Shown piece after piece: positions 35,769 through 36,200 of a stretch of DNA of 36,200 nucleotides (position 1 is its first letter; each line of letters opens with the position of its first letter). The notes under the pieces were generated by a model that did not search any database, had not been told where the DNA came from, and saw nothing but the letters and a program-made list of their open reading frames with translations. The position numbers and the translations under genes are program-made. This stretch comes from a virus (Duplodnaviria; Caudoviricetes): IMG/VR virus record IMGVR_UViG_3300037755_000903, positions 1 to 36,200 of that record. One strand, 5' to 3'.

Positions 35769-36074
35769 ATGACGGACTTCCTGGCCTTGGACCTCGATGA
35801 CGACGCCGATCTCGACGCCGCGGTGGCACTGGAGCGAGAGGGGGTGCGGCGGTGGCTGGCTGGCCAACAGCTGCGGGTGATCCGTGCGCGGCAGAAGCAC
35901 GAGGAGGCGATGGCGACCGCTGCAGGAGCGATCGAGGAGATGGAGGGTGCCGGCGTGGGCGTGACTCGCCGAGGGGTCTCGGAGTGGCTGCGGCGCCGGG
36001 ATGGAGTGTCGGTGCGCAACGAGGCGATCAACGACGCCCTGGTCGCTTCTCGAGGTCGTCTGCGACGCACCTAG
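35769..36074 (+). CDS. Small putative DNA-binding protein (101 aa)
   Basis: TATGGT -10 (35756-35761) lies 7 nt before the ATG. The C-terminal VTRRGVSEWLRRRDGVSVRNEAINDAL is HTH-like. Confidence 0.7.
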   Translation: MTDFLALDLDDDADLDAAVALEREGVRRWLAGQQLRVIRARQKHEEAMATAAGAIEEMEGAGVGVTRRGVSEWLRRRDGVSVRNEAINDALVASRGRLRRT

Positions 36075-36110
36075 GATTTCCCGCGTCTGTGGTGAGAGGG
36101 CAACAGGGGG

Positions 36111-36139
36111 TTGACACGAGAACCCTGCACTTGTAGTGT
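36111..36139 (+). promoter_or_regulatory. Near-consensus sigma70/SigA promoter firing out of the window
   Basis: TTGACA (36111-36116), 17 bp, TAGTGT (36134-36139). Confidence 0.75.
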
Positions 36140-36159
36140 TCTCCTCATCAACACGGAAC

Positions 36160-36194
36160 GAGCCCCTGGGGAGCTGGAACTCACCCAGGGGCTC
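36160..36194 (+). promoter_or_regulatory. Leader hairpin with CTGGAA loop
   Basis: GAGCCCCTGGG-GAG-[CTGGAA]-CTC-A-CCCAGGGGCTC, about 15 nt after the predicted TSS. Confidence 0.6.
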
Positions 36195-36200
36195 TCGAGG

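Larger units (their letters stand above)
1..36200. mobile_element. Temperate actinobacteriophage, probably podovirus-like and probably incomplete
   Basis: Terminase, portal, scaffold, capsid, adaptor/nozzle, holin-endolysin, repressor-integrase and recombination genes in tightly coupled operons. No host housekeeping genes are seen. Confidence 0.95.

Noticed and set aside
1-36200. Window as a complete circular genome
   Set aside because: No terminal overlap. The ORF cut at position 1 has no convincing continuation at 36200, where a promoter fires outward.

Overview
The whole window reads as phage DNA from a temperate phage of a high-GC actinobacterial host (WhiB gene, leaderless TANNNT promoters, CHAP endolysin, no LysB). 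It is probably podovirus-like, since I find no tape measure or tail tube gene. On the minus strand, right to left, come an HTH-fused large terminase, portal, four probable internal/ejection proteins plus a dual peptidase-transglycosylase, scaffold and N4-gp56-like major capsid. These are followed by a GT4 + NDP-sugar epimerase + GT2 glycosylation cassette, adaptor, nozzle, fibre, holin and endolysin. A plus-strand repressor-integrase pair sits opposite a Cro/Xis-led early operon (PD-(D/E)XK exonuclease, Gp3-like protein, DUF4406-like protein, Holliday junction resolvase, WhiB2-like regulator, frameshifted HNH nuclease). The most notable non-coding signals are a 28-bp dif-like site, a 13-copy GGTCCC array and a small DNA-binding-like gene upstream of the terminase. 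Others are a candidate att core inside the repressor, a ~345-nt pseudoknotted capsid-operon leader and a ~0.5-kb two-gene cassette bounded by 18-bp direct repeats. No polymerase, primase or helicase is visible and the left end cuts an ORF, so the genome is probably incomplete. Family calls come from motif recognition only; no searches were run.
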